Shown here: in pieces, positions 13,225 through 28,465 of the stretch
How the letters are laid out: every line of letters begins with the position of its first letter
How positions within the stretch are numbered: the first letter of the stretch is position 1
Source of the DNA: the human T2T-CHM13v2.0 reference genome, Homo sapiens
NCBI RefSeq assembly: GCF_009914755.1
Contig: NC_060933.1
Length of the DNA: 64,000 nt
Direction: 5' to 3' (one strand)
Notes under the pieces: generated by a model
Told to the model about the DNA's origin: nothing
Database searches by the model: none
The model's input: the letters and a program-made list of their open reading frames with translations, nothing else
Program-made: the position numbers and the translations under genes

Positions 13225-13420
13225 TGATGAGTTCCTATTTATGTTCTGAATTGTATTAGATGTATAGACATGCTATCTGATTTAATCATAATAAAATCCT
13301 TTTGAGGTTCATGTTATCATCACCACTTAATAAGTAAGAAAACTGAAACTTAAAAGAGGTTAAACAGTTTATCCAATGTCACAGAAAATTAGAACTATGA
13401 TTTAAACAAAGTGTTGCTGT
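13225..13420 (-). mobile_element. MIR
   Basis: aagaaaactgaaacttaaaagaggttaa core. Confidence 0.6.
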
Positions 13421-13559
13421 CTTTGCAGAAAGTTAGTCTTCATCCAGTTCCCTCTCTCAGGGCCAGTTTTCAGAAGCATAAATTGATTGTTGTGAGGAAA
13501 CTCTTTGCTTTACATTTTTCTTCAAGGTAACTTCTTTATCATTTTTATATCATAATCAT

Positions 13560-13950
13560 GCTGAACCAATTATGTGGCTTTCCCCAAATTGTATGCCATC
13601 TCTGATATTTTGAATATCCTGTTTCCTCTCCGTGGAATGTCCTCTTCTTATCCACCAGGAAAAATTTAATATCTCTTTAAAATTTCAACTTGACCATAAT
13701 ATTGTTTTGGTAAGATTCTCTGATTCTCCGAGTGAAATTAAGACTGCTTGTATCTGTTGTTCCATTTCATCCTACACAGCAGAAGTACTAGTAATTTCTA
13801 TATTGCATGGTGATGGAAGACTTATCTTCCTCACAAGGATATGAGCTTTCTGAGGACAGGAATTTGTCTTACTTTGTCTCTGAATTTCCAGGACTGAGTC
13901 ACTACCAGACACACAGACCCAGAATAAGGACATACTGATGTATAAATGAA
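13560..13950 (+). mobile_element. L2 3' end
   Basis: tgagctttctgaggacaggaatttgtcttac...aaatgaa. Confidence 0.55.
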
Positions 13951-15199
13951 AGAACCTCTCCAAATCCATACAAAGTGCATCAAACTACACCAGAAAAAAA
14001 GCTATCCTTATGCCCTGAGGCTAGGCAGAAAAAAAATCTTGGGGCCTGACATTGCCTGTATCTGCTAAGTAGTGTCACTCTGAAAAAGTTAAGTCTAGAC
14101 TTCAAGGTCTTTCTTGAAGGGAACATTGCTCTCTCCCAGGAATTAGGAAATATTAGCACATGTTTTGGTTCATTAACCAATGGACTCTGACCTCCCATCT
14201 GTTCCATTTGGAGAATTCCCCTCTATGCCATGGGGTAGTGCCTTGAGAAACCTGGCACTTACCTGCCTTGAGAAGCCACCTCTGTGCTGAGGCCATCCTC
14301 TAATGGGCACTATACTTTGCTCTCATATCTCAGAGTTGCATCTAACAGTATATACTTCTGACATATCATAACCCAATAACCAAAGTGACAGGTGTGCAAT
14401 GGGGAACTACACTGTAAGGATTACTGTGATTGTATGCATGTGTGTGTGTGTTTTGTATGTCACAGATATGTAAAGTACATTACCTTTTCCTCATCTAATT
14501 TATGGTGTAATAAAACTTACTGTGTCCCCACTCTGTTAAGAGAGTGTAGAAGCAAAAGGCTCCTCTTACTGGCTCTGAAAAATTTTTATCATGAGCAGAA
14601 GTGATGATGAAATTTGAGAGACCATAGTAGAAGAAAAGACACCATGTTCAAGAAGGTGCGAGACTACTGAGAGGGTTTGATGCAAAGCCTTAGCAGGCCC
14701 CGTATTTCTCCAGTTGTAATTTATGTCTTCAAGATGTCATTTCATCATGGTTAATGTTTGTCATTCACACAAACACACAGACACGCACACACGCACACAC
14801 ACACACAAAACACCTGCAGGTAAAAGAGGCCTCAGTTTGAGGCCTGAAGGACATGCAAAAGACATAATTATGCCTCTGACTCTGCATTTACCTCCCCATA
14901 AAAAATTTGCATGTTGGGAATGGAGAATGGGGTATCTATAGTTTGGGCCTTTGAGAAAAGAAAATTGATATTGAGCAGGTCTGTCCATTGGTTAATGAAC
15001 CAAGAACTTATTTTGCAGGGGTATATTAAAAAGAAGCTCCTAGCACCTGAACAAAAATAGTCCATGAAGTAAAAAAGAGTTCTTCATTGCTGTAAACACC
15101 AATTCCTCTGACAGGCTTAATAAAATTTTTGAATGAATCTGAAAATCACATTATTGTTAATAAAACAAAAATACTTAATGTTTATGAAACAAGGAAACA

Positions 15200-15430
15200 C
15201 TTATCAATCACAAAGCACTTCATATTTGTTAAGTATCTACATGTACTTGAACTAATTGAGGTCATTTAATGTTTTACCTTAATCAATCCTCACCATAAGA
15301 CTACTTGGTAGTGTTTATTCATCATTTTACAGAAAAGAAAACTAAAACTCAGAGAGGTAAAAAAATTATTTTCCCGAAGCCATACAGAGAGCAATGGATA
15401 GGCAATTCAGGCTACCTTGATTCTAAATCC
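15200..15430 (-). mobile_element. MIR
   Basis: cattttacagaaaagaaaactaaaactcagagaggtaa. Confidence 0.65.
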
Positions 15431-15519
15431 GTTACAGTCATTAATAGTTTGTTCTAATCCAGAAATGTCGTCAAGAAATTTCAGTTACCTAATACATTTT
15501 CCTTTGATTTGAGAATAAT

Positions 15520-15815
15520 TTTGTCTTTAAAACAATTAATATGTTTATTACATATATTCAAAACATGTAAATATAAAGAGAAAAAATAACCATTATGTCC
15601 TCCTTCCAGAGGAAACCAGTTAATGTTCGGGTGATCATTCCGTTAAGCATTTCTCTACAAATATATATAAAAATATGTACAAGATTTTATATAAATGGAA
15701 TAATACTGAACATACTGTTCTAAAATCTGTTTTTTTTTTTTACACAGCAATGTGTCATGGGCATCCTTCCATGTCAATAAATAGAGATTTGCATCATCAT
15801 TTTTAATTGGAGCAT
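15520..15815 (-). mobile_element. L1ME 3' end fragment
   Basis: catccttccatgtcaataaatataga...tcatcatttttaat. Confidence 0.6.
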
Positions 15816-15819
15816 AATT

Positions 15820-16010
15820 AGAAATCACAATATTTTAGAGAGGCAAAAAATGTCAGAAACTGTCTACTCTCATCTCCTATCCAGTGTAGAAGTACTGTAT
15901 TTAACTTCCCTGGCTGATAAGCAGGCAGATTATGCTGAATATTGTCATTCAAAGATGATAGCTCTAATTGTGAGGAAATTAAGTCAGATTTTCCCCTCTG
16001 TCTTTTGCCT
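15820..16010 (-). mobile_element. Possible L3/CR1 fragment
   Basis: gatagctctaattgtgaggaaa resembles L3 gacagctctaattgttagaaag. Confidence 0.35.
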
Positions 16011-17939
16011 GCTAAAATATGTTTATATTATTAAACTTAGCTATTGCCCCTGCTTTTTCTTTCTTAATCAATCCTGCCCTGAGCTAATTATCACCAGTTC
16101 TATTTTCCTCATAAAGCAAACTTCACAAACCTTTACCAACCTAAATACTCTCCCCCAGGTATGCGCTCATGAGTATATCAACTGAACACAGTTCATTTTT
16201 GGTATGAACAGTATAAAATATAGTGGTCTTTTCCAGTTCAGTAATTTGAACATCTTCTTTTACTCATTATAATTGAACAAAGAATGCTTTAGAAAGGTGA
16301 AGAAATGGATGGGAGTTATGTAGAACTGGAATCAGTTCTGTGAGTGTTTATGGAATTTTTGTTTAATGAGGCCTTCAGAAAATGAATAAAACTTATCCTT
16401 TTTCAATTGTTCAGACATGCAAAGGCAGCAGGGTGAGCCAAAAGACATTTGAATGTTTCTACTATTGGAAAGTCTATAGCCTGACCTCAAGAAACAGACT
16501 GAAGACATCATGGAAACCTCAATGGAAGGTTACCAGTTGACCATTCAATATTACTTCCCCAATAGTTCTATTGTTTCATATCTTTAATTGTGGGCCCAAA
16601 TGTTTCTAGCGTCTTGTCCAATGGCATATAGTAAGTAAGAGAGTAGACTGTGTTTTCTGGAACACTTACACAAAATAGTGCTGCAGCAAGTTAATAAAAT
16701 GTTGAAAGCTTTCATTGAACACTTCATCAGGTAACTTATGTGGAGAGGGATAGACTAAACCTGAGTGATGGTGCTCCAAAGTCAGGGGCCAAGTTTCCTT
16801 CTCAGAACTAATATAAAAACTGCTGTTGAGTTTTGTTGTTATCTTGAAGACAGCTGAGAGTCTGGATTGAGTAATTAAAATGCTAATTGGAAATTCACCA
16901 TTCATCAGAGGAAATCACAATGAGTCAATTGTCTTTTCTTTCTTTTTTTTTTAAGTGTTTTCTCTGATGATGGCAGATGTTGAGGTTGTGAATTCATTGC
17001 TTGCCCTAGATGTAGAGACCTCTTCTATTCAAGCTGGGCTTTTCTCCTGTATTTTTGTTGATTGTCTACTTAAATTAACCTTCCCTAATGAGATGGAGAT
17101 TTGATGGCTATGTCTGTAATTTACTGACTGTGAAATTAGTTAGTCTGGATAATTCATCCCATGGGTGACAAGGGTAAGATCACAGAGTAAACCACCAAGT
17201 GAGAATAAAGAATATAAAGAATGACTCTTCTGCTGTTACATCCACAGATTTTGTATGTGGAGGCTAAGAAGAAAATGCATATGGCAAACACAGCCTCTAG
17301 GTGACCCCAATTAATCATCAGTCTACCTTTATGCCCAACACTTCCCATTGGGAGTTTAGCTGGGTCAGACCTGCTACTTAAGAATATAAAACCACCAGAT
17401 GTCAGTAGTGGTGCACAATGGCTCTAATGAAACTTCCTCCTTGGACAAAGTATAAAATTTCACATACAGAAAGAAATAAACAAGCAGTGAGGCAGTACAA
17501 TATGTAAATTATTAAATTTTTTATACTTTTTTCTGAATAGAAGTTGACTTACTCTAGAAGAAAACTAAACTCTTTTTTGAACCTTTGTATAAGATATTTG
17601 GGGTTGGATTTTTACTGAATTAGCCATGTTTTGTTTCAAGAAATTCTAAATAGACATTCCTTGAGGAATGAGAACAAAAGGACAAAATTCTGTAAGTAAA
17701 TAAATAAATAAATGCTAACTTTAGTTGTATATTTACTATAGGGCTTCTTAGAATTTATAACGAGTTTATATGTCTTGCACATCTTCAAAATGGGATAAAG
17801 GTATACATTGCTTTCAATATTATTTGACCTTATTATTAAAGGATGTAATTTACCAAGAATACTCTTTGGAAATACTAATTGTTTTCTTTGCATTGCAAAT
17901 AAAGTGTTCTTAGTACAAAATGTTTATGTGATCAACTGA

Positions 17940-19387
17940 CAACCATTGGAATTATTGAACCTGAGAAACAGAAAAAAATAAAAAGAATAAAGAAAAGTAA
18001 TCATAGTCTAAGGGAGCTGTGAGACACCATCAGGTGAACCAATACAAACATTATAGGAGTACCAGAAGAAGAGAGCAGAAAGGGAAGAAAGAAGAGGTAA
18101 TAAATATTTTACATATATGGATAGATTATATAATCTGTATTTTAAAACTTTCTAAATTTGATAAGGCACATGAATATACAAATCTAAGAAGCCTAATAAA
18201 CTTCTAGCAGGAAAAACTCAAAAAGATTCACACTGAGACATGTTGTGCTCAAACTGTCAAAAGCCAAAGACATAACATAGTCTTGAAATCATCAAGAGAA
18301 AAATGTCTCACCTCATGTAAGGGTGTCTCAATAAGTTCAATAGCTGCTTTCTCATAAAAAAAAAAGTAGTGGTTTTGAGGCAGTGTGATGATGTATTTAA
18401 AGTACTGTAAGAAAAAAAATTATCTGTATCTGACTAAACTAACTTTCAAAACTGAGGGAGAAATTTAAGACATTTCCAGATCAACAAAGGCTAAGAGAGT
18501 TTATCTCTACTAGACTTGTTCTATAAGAAATGCTAAAAGAAGTCCTTCAGGTTGAAATGAAAGAACCCTAGAGAGTAACTGAAAACATATAAAAAAAATC
18601 TTTAATTATGGTAAATAGATGGACAGATACAAAATACAATATTACAGTATTTTTGGTTTGTAACTCTAATTTTAATTTTCAACATAATTTGAAAGAAAAA
18701 TACATTAAATTTATAAATCTATGATATTGAGCCCATAATTTGTAAAAATAAATTTATGAATGACATTAGTAATTTAACAGTGGTGGTAAGGGGCTACAGT
18801 TGTATAGAACCAGAGTTTTGCATGCTATTGAAGCTAAGTTGATACCAATTCAAATTAGACTGCTATAATTTTAGGATATTAAATATAATCCTTGTGATAA
18901 CTGCAAAGAAAATGTCTAAAGAATATCTGTACTAGAAATTGAGAAGGAAATAAAAATACTCCAGTGTAAATAAATTAACTAAACAAAAAAGAATACATTA
19001 GTGGAGGAAATAAGGGACCAAAAAAAGCTATGAGATACTATGTTTCATACATAAAGTTTAGGTATGAGACCTACAGAAAACAAATACTAAAGTAACAGAA
19101 GTAATTACTTCCTTATCAATAGTTAACTTTAAATGTAAATGGATTAAAATCTCAAAGAAAAAGTAGAGATTAGCAGAATAGATTTAAAAGAAAACATACT
19201 TCTACTATTTGCTACCTTCAAGAGGTTAGTATTAGATCCAAAGACACACATACATTGACAGTAAAGTATGGAAAAATATTTTATGCCATTAGTAACCAAA
19301 AACAGCTGGAGGAATAAAGATTAGGGTCACCCTACAAGGTGAAGAACCATGACCAGCTTAGGCCTATACTAATATCAGCCATATAGA
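17940..19387 (+). mobile_element. Old L1M: ORF1 remnant and start of ORF2
   Basis: gacaccatcag...ataggagtaccagaag (ORF1); actttaaatgtaaatggattaaa (ORF2 TLNVNGL); ctatactaatatcag. Confidence 0.8.
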
Positions 19388-21600
<2,213 letters not shown>

Positions 21601-21820
21601 TCCATATTTCTTCCTTATTTTTATAATGCTTTATTTCTTATTTTGTTATGCACATATTCATACCAAAAAAGGAAGAAATATTCATGATAATTGCAGTTCT
21701 CCTTTCTGTAGCTGATTTAGTGGTCATATTATATATAATACATATAATATGTGAGTCTGAAACTTAGGATGACCTCCTGGTCATCAAACAAAGTAATGGA
21801 AATTCTTTATTTACTCAGCT

Positions 21821-21938
21821 TAAGAGTATATAGGTTAAACCAATTGTTTTGAAATTTTGGGAACTTACAGGTCCTCATAAGAGTATATAGGTTAAACCCA
21901 TTGTTTGTTTTGAAATTTTGGGGACTTAGAGGTCCTCA
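21821..21938. repeat. Two-copy ~57-bp tandem duplication
   Basis: taagagtatataggttaaacc...aggtcctca at 21821-21877 and 21878-21938. Confidence 0.95.
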
Positions 21939-22555
21939 AAGGACCTATAAAGTTGTAGGTAATATTACTGTAAAAAATTTAAGTGCTAGATTGAAATACA
22001 GAGACCAAGATTTCTTCAAATTCTGAAACACTAAGATTTTTTAATGTAGAACTTATTCGAATATTAAAAAACGTTCAAGCAAAATTTTATTGGTTCCCCT
22101 ATAAGGGTCATGTTGTATGCAAGACAAAGACATAAAAATGTAGGCTGTGTATTACTGGGACAAAAATACTTCTATAATATATTCATGAAAATACTGTTGT
22201 TGATGATTACAATGATGATGATCAGAAGGATTGAATATTTATCCCACACAGTATGATTAACATTTTGCTTATATAATTTAAATTAACTTTTATTCCAACT
22301 CTAAATATATACTTTATTATTATTTTTTTAAGAAATTAACAGAAATATATGGCTTTAGACACTCGTAAGTCATTTGACCAAGATAGAGTAGACAAATAGT
22401 GAAGAGGCTTTGAACTTACATATCCTGCCCCTGAATATGCTTTCAAAAATGACATGCTGACCATATTTCAAATATTCATAGGATTTATACAGAAGAGAGT
22501 TAACAATGTGAGCAGTCAGAAGCCATTGGGTCAAATTAAATGGAATGGGCATTCT

Positions 22556-22850
22556 TTCTATTTTTAATTTTAATGGAAAATAATTGCTTATATATGTATA
22601 GAATACAAAGTGATGTTTTGATAAATTTGTGTTGTAGAATGATTAAATCAAGCTAATCAACATATCATTACCTCAGATATTTATTTTCTTTTGTGGTATG
22701 AACATTTAAAATCTGCTCTCTTAGCAATTTTGAAACATACATTACATTATTATTAACTATAAAGTCACCTTGCTGTGCAATAGATTTCAAAAACTTATTC
22801 CTTCTAACTGAAACTTTGTACCCTTTGACCAATACCTCCCCAGTCCCCTT
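22556..22850 (-). mobile_element. L1MA (late) 3' end
   Basis: aatcaagctaatcaacatatcattacctc...ctaactgaaactttgtaccctttgacc. Confidence 0.85.
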
Positions 22851-22959
22851 CTTAAAAATGGAATCATATATTTTTAAGCCATAAGTATATGACAATAACA
22901 TTATAGCAGCATAATAGTTTGAAATAATAGTCTACAATATACTATTGACTTTTACTTCT

Positions 22960-23130
22960 ATTATCCTGATGAATTTTTACAATAATTATAAATAGGAATA
23001 CATACTTATTCTCACTTCACAGATGGGGAAACTGAGGTTCAAACAGGTAAAGTCACTATCAAGGTTGCTACTTAATTAGTGGAAGAACCAGGGCTTAAAT
23101 TCATGCTAAGGCCTTTATTTGTACTCTAAT
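22960..23130 (-). mobile_element. MIR
   Basis: cacagatggggaaactgaggttca. Confidence 0.7.
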
Positions 23131-23825
23131 GCTTCTCATAAATAGTATTATGAAGGTAAATTTGATGAGAATGTGATAACAGTGTTATTCTAGAGCTTGC
23201 TATCACTCTCTTCATCTCTACTGAACTCTCACCTACACAGTGTTTAGGGATGTCATTATAAAGAGAGGATAACAGTGCAGTAGCATTAACTTTAAGGAGT
23301 TATTATAATCAATTACATAATTCATCAGTAATGCATGGACATATATTGAGTATACATTAAGCATCTAATAAAAGTTAGCTTTTTTGTTAATATTATTCTG
23401 TTTTCAAAGATGAAATCAAAACCATGCATACAGGATTTGAATAGCTACAAAGAAAATGCACTTTAGTATTCTTCAGTTAAGGGTCACAGCAAACAAAACA
23501 AAATGTAACATAATGAAAATTGAATTGGATTTGGTGCACACTAGGTGGGACACAGCACATAGAACCATAGTGATTGAATCATAAGATTATAGATTTAAGG
23601 AATCATATATTTTTAGAAATCAAAGACTCACAGACTCATAAACCACCAAGTTATGCATTTCTTGAATAGCACTAAGAATTAACTTTTGAAATCACAAGTT
23701 CCTGCTGAATGTATCTGGCAAAACACTACCTTGTTTCTGCTTGAATATTTTTTTGATCAGGGATGGCTTTTTCCTTTGGATATCCAATTGCTGCCCTGGA
23801 TATCTGTGAAAAAGAGAAAAGTAAT

Positions 23826-24196
23826 TGATATGGTTTGGCTTTGTCCCCACCCAAATCTCATCTTGAATTGTAACTCCCACAATTTCCATGTTTCATGGGA
23901 GGAACCTGGTAGGAGGTAATTGGATCATGGGGGTGGGTCTTTCCTGTGCTGTTTTCGTGATAGTGAATAAGTCTCATGAGATCTGATGGTTTCATAAAGA
24001 GAAGTTCCCCTGCACAAGCTCTCTCTTTGCTTGCTGCCTTCCATGTAAGACGTGACTTGCTCCTTCTTGCCTTCTGCCATGATTGTGAGGCTTCCCCAGC
24101 CACGTGGAACTGTAAGTCCAATTAAACCTCTTTCTTTTGTAAATTGCCCAGTCTTGAATATGTCTTTTATCAGTGGCGTGAAAATGGACTAATACA
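23826..24196 (+). mobile_element. THE1B-type solo LTR
   Basis: Complete tgatatggtttggc...aatggactaataca; 5-bp TSD gtaat/gtcat. Confidence 0.92.
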
Positions 24197-25849
24197 GTCA
24201 TGCATATATTAAGTCAAAAATATGTCCTCCTGGTCCAGCTCACACTGACCAATCTCAGGACTATAAAATTGAAGACTAATTGATCTTTGAATGATGAAAG
24301 AAGGCACCATGGAAAAATGCCTTTTCCTCTTTACCTTGGCTTTTACCCTGTTACTGTGGAATAATGTCTCTGCTTTTCCTCCTTGCCATCTCCTTCCTTT
24401 TACCCTCATCTCATCTTTTCTTCTTATTTCTTCCTTAAACACTTGAATCCTGATGAAGAAAAGTTATTGTGACATGCAGGGTATGTTGACACATGCAGTT
24501 TTAACTTATGAGACCCTAAGAGAGGTTGGACAATATCAATTCTTCAACAGGGTACAGATGAAAGAGGTGAAGTGATTTGTCCAAAGTCAACTAGTAGGCT
24601 ACGCATGAAAAACACACAACGTAGTATGTATACAGATTAAAATGGGAAATGTGGAGTCCTTGGGATGTTTTGTTTGCTTTCCACTTTAGTTTCATGTAAT
24701 AAGACTATATTTAAAAGGACTAGACAGGAGGGGCCCTAAAGGACTCTGTCTACGTTGTGAATTCCATTCCCAGGTGAATGCAAAGATGATTTTTTACTTT
24801 GTTTCTGAAAAAGCAGGCATGACAGAGGGACCTTTCTTTTTTTCCTGCTTGTCATTTTGTCCAATCGCCCAGATAGTTTCTATTTTCCACTCTAAATTCA
24901 GGGCATGATACTGCCTTGTGCCTTTGGAAGGAGAAAGTTAAAGAATGCAGTGGAGCAGTGAGGCAGAGAGAGACTCTGGAGCCAGCTGGAATGGTCTGTT
25001 CACAGGGGACCAGCAGAAAGATGTTGGGCAAGAAAAGAAGTGGGTCTTTTTAAAAGGAGATACTTATTAAATATTCTATCAGCAAGATACCTAAGGAGCT
25101 TCACTCTAGGGTGAAATGGAGAACTCACTTATGGAAGTCAATTCAACCTCATTTCTGATCCCAGTGGAGGCAGATGGAGAAGTAGCCGAATAAGATTTAT
25201 AATGAAAAATCAGGGAGGCAATGGTTGAAATTATGAGAAGCAGATTCTTATCCTGCCTGTTGCACTGAAATATCTGAATGACCTTGGGCAAGTTACTCTC
25301 CCTCTCTGAATCTCATTTCTCTCTGCCCATTAAATGACTAGACAATTTCAAATGCCATTGGCAATTTTAACATTCTCTTGATTCTAGATAATAGCATTCC
25401 CTGAACCATAATACATGTGAAAGAAAGGCTGAAATGGTAGAATAGGATCTGTTCCTTTTACAGGAAACTTTTGGAAATTATTCCAGATATATTTGGGACA
25501 TGCCATTCTTCCAATTACCTGAGTGCAGCAATGCATAATGCTGCCTTTTGTCACTGAATGACATTAATCATGTCAGCTCCCTTTTCTACAAGAATGACTG
25601 GTTTAATGGGAAACTCTAGCCACTGTCAACATGCCAGGGGGTGTGAAGAAGGAAGGATAGATGAATGGGAGGGTGTTATTAAAAAGGAAATGATGGATGA
25701 GGAAACGAGCCTTTGTGTTCCGAGAGTGGAATGGAAGGTGGAGCCTGGCTTGAAGAAGCCTCACCCATTGTCTCTGGAGAATATTTAAAAATGTTCAACA
25801 GCAAATTGAAGATCCTCTTTACTACATACCTTCATGCATATCACCCTAT

Positions 25850-26490
25850 GCAATGGAGGCTGTGTTATATAATAGTTAAGAGTGCTGGCTATGCACTTAG
25901 TCTGGTTTTGAATCTTGTCTTTACTGTATTCAAGTTGTAGAACTCAGTTTTATCATCTAAATATTGGAGATAATAATAGTGCCTATTTGATAGGATCATT
26001 GGAATGATTTAATAAGATAATGCCTCTAAGATGATTAATATAGGGCCTGGAACATACTAAGCCTTTGTAAAATTAGCTGTTATCACCTCCCTTTAATTCT
26101 ATGTTATTTGCAGGTTTCATTTACATTATTTCACTTAATCCTCACAAAAACCCTCTGAGGTAGCTTAGGAATTACCATACTGCAGATGAAGAAACCACAG
26201 TTCAATGATATTTAGAGTCAGATAAGCTCTGAAGTTGGTTCCAGAACAAAAGATTGTCTGTCCTACAGCAAATGAGTGCACATATACTAAGTACCAGTGC
26301 TGTGCTAGAAAGCCTGTTAGGTACTTTTGTATACATTCTCAACCCTCACAGGAATCCATCTTGTTTGTATAAAGATAATTGAGGTTTAGGGAAAGGAAGT
26401 GATTTATTTAATAATGTTTGGCCAGTTAAAAACAAAAACAAAAACAGGGTTTAAATCAGATCCTAGGACGCTATGCCCAGTGTTCTTTAT
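25850..26490. mobile_element. Cluster of three MIRs (one +, two -)
   Basis: ctcagttttatcatctaaatattggagataataatagtgccta; gcagatgaagaaaccacag; gataattgaggtttaggg. Confidence 0.6.
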
Positions 26491-26658
26491 CTCATAATCT
26501 GAGTGGGTCCACTGATAAATAATTAATTCATCACATAGCCTTTGGTGAAAATATGGGCACACTTAAAGGCTACATTAGAAGCTGAGCCCCTTACATGGTT
26601 CAAATAATGCATCCAAAATCCATATTCAGTATTTTCAGCAGTGACTCTCAAAAAATCG

Positions 26659-27075
26659 TGAGGAAGTTGTCAATCAAAACAGAGTCACTGATGCTAAGAA
26701 AATAACAAATAGAACCAGGGAAGGCCATGAAGAGAGGGTTATCATGTTTGTATGCCTGATAACATCAACAAAGACCACAAAACTTTGCACAAAGGCCATT
26801 GCAACCTTACACAGAGTATCTTCTTCAAGGACATATGCCCAGCAACTGTCTGTCCAATTTTGTATTAGTGTCACCCTTGTTATTGATCTTGGTGGCCAAG
26901 AATAATTATTTCAAAACAATTATGTAATCCTTATTTTTTAATTTGAAAATCATACTCTTCCATTACCTACCTGGAAATGCATATAGTTTACTATCACATG
27001 TGTATTCCCACTGCAACATGTTATTCTTAAGCACATTTCTTTTAGAGAGCTTCTCTTTGTTTGTTACTTACTTTG
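26659..27075 (+). mobile_element. Old ERV1 (MER4-group) solo LTR, MER89/90-like
   Basis: tgaggaagttgtcaatcaaaacagagtcac...gcacaaaggccattgcaaccttacaca...ttttagagagc; subfamily uncertain. Confidence 0.6.
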
Positions 27076-27910
27076 GCAATAGTTTTCTCCAAAATTATTT
27101 AAAGATCAATAATTGGTCAATTTGCGCATGGGTTATCCTGTCAGACAGGACAGAATGACAACTTATACCATGAGCTTTGAAGACAGGCATAGAGCTATCT
27201 ATGAGGTCATATTCCATGACATTTACCACTTTTGTGTCTTTATAAACATTACTTTTTAAATTTCAATTTTCTTATCCACAAAGGAAAAACAATACTATCA
27301 CTCTGGGTCATTATGAGGATTAATTGTGTAATTGGAGCTAACAGTGCTTACTCGTTAAATGATAACATTTAGAAAGGGAAATTTGTTTTACACTGCAGAT
27401 TTAAACTTAGAAATTCCTATGTATATGCCCTTATGTTCATAGAAATGGCTCATATATATTCATCTATATAAGGTTATGATCAATATTAAAATTAATAAGT
27501 AAAACAACTTTATAAATGTGTGCATGCATGTGTATGTGTGTGACTGGCATTTTCCTTCCAATAGCGTACTGACTGGCATTTTCCTTACAATGTGGAGAAA
27601 TGTCCATGAAAGTTTCACTCTGACTCTTATGAGTTTACAGTAGAAAGACACTGGATGTATTACAAGGCATATGGTAAACAATAAGTTGAAAAACTAGCAC
27701 TTACTCTACGTACTTTGAAAACACAAAAAGTTAACCTTGGACAGAAATTGTCCCGGGGATATATAACTTTGATGCAGTCTATGAATAAGCTAAAGAACTT
27801 TTAGATTTCTCTTAACTTCAGTTATCACTCTCAATTAATTTTTGTTGAGTGTTCACTAAGTTGTGGGAAAATATAAATATAAGCATAACTGCAGAGACCC
27901 ATTGGTATTG

Positions 27911-28070
27911 CAGCTCTGTCCAACAGGATTTTCACTGATGATGAATATATTCTTTGTGCTATCTCTTACTGCATCTAGCCTGAAAGATTCAAGAATTTAT
28001 AAATTTAATTTTAAGTAAGTTAAATTTAAATAGCTTCATGTGGGTAGTGGATATTATATTGAACAATACA
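27911..28070. mobile_element. MER3 (hAT-Charlie)
   Basis: cagctctgtccaacagg...aaatttaaatagcttcatgtgggtagtgg...attgaacaatacag. Confidence 0.65.
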
Positions 28071-28142
28071 GGCAATAAAGAAATGGCATTGTTCTCTGAG
28101 TCATGCAACTTAAACTCTAGTTTCAACCCTACCTATGGGGGA

Positions 28143-28465
28143 TGTGTGTGTGTGTGTGCATGCGCACATGTATGTTAGAGATATATAGAAATATATAGTA
28201 TATACTAATACATAATAAATATATATGCATTGTATACTACACACAATATAATATATAATGTATATTATATATAATTTAATTATTATACATGTTATATAAT
28301 ATAGTACATAATATATTGTATATTATACATATGCTGTTGTATATTATATATAATTGTATATTTTATATATATGTGTGTTTATGTTTTTATATATATACAT
28401 ATATACATACATATATACATATATACACATATATATACACACACATATATATATGTATATATATA
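28143..28465. repeat. (TG)n / (TA)-rich low-complexity tract
   Basis: Directly visible. Confidence 0.95.

Noticed and set aside
16660-16760. Possible 65-nt minus-strand exon (ccacatAG...gt|gtaagtg)
   Set aside because: Weak acceptor and no partner exons; such matches are expected by chance in 64 kb.
21821-21938. Direct repeats (also 51874-52085) as CRISPR-like arrays
   Set aside because: Only two copies, no spacer series, eukaryotic context.
25524-25576. Short imperfect palindromes (gcagca...tgctgc; tgacat...atgtca)
   Set aside because: 6-bp stems are at chance level.
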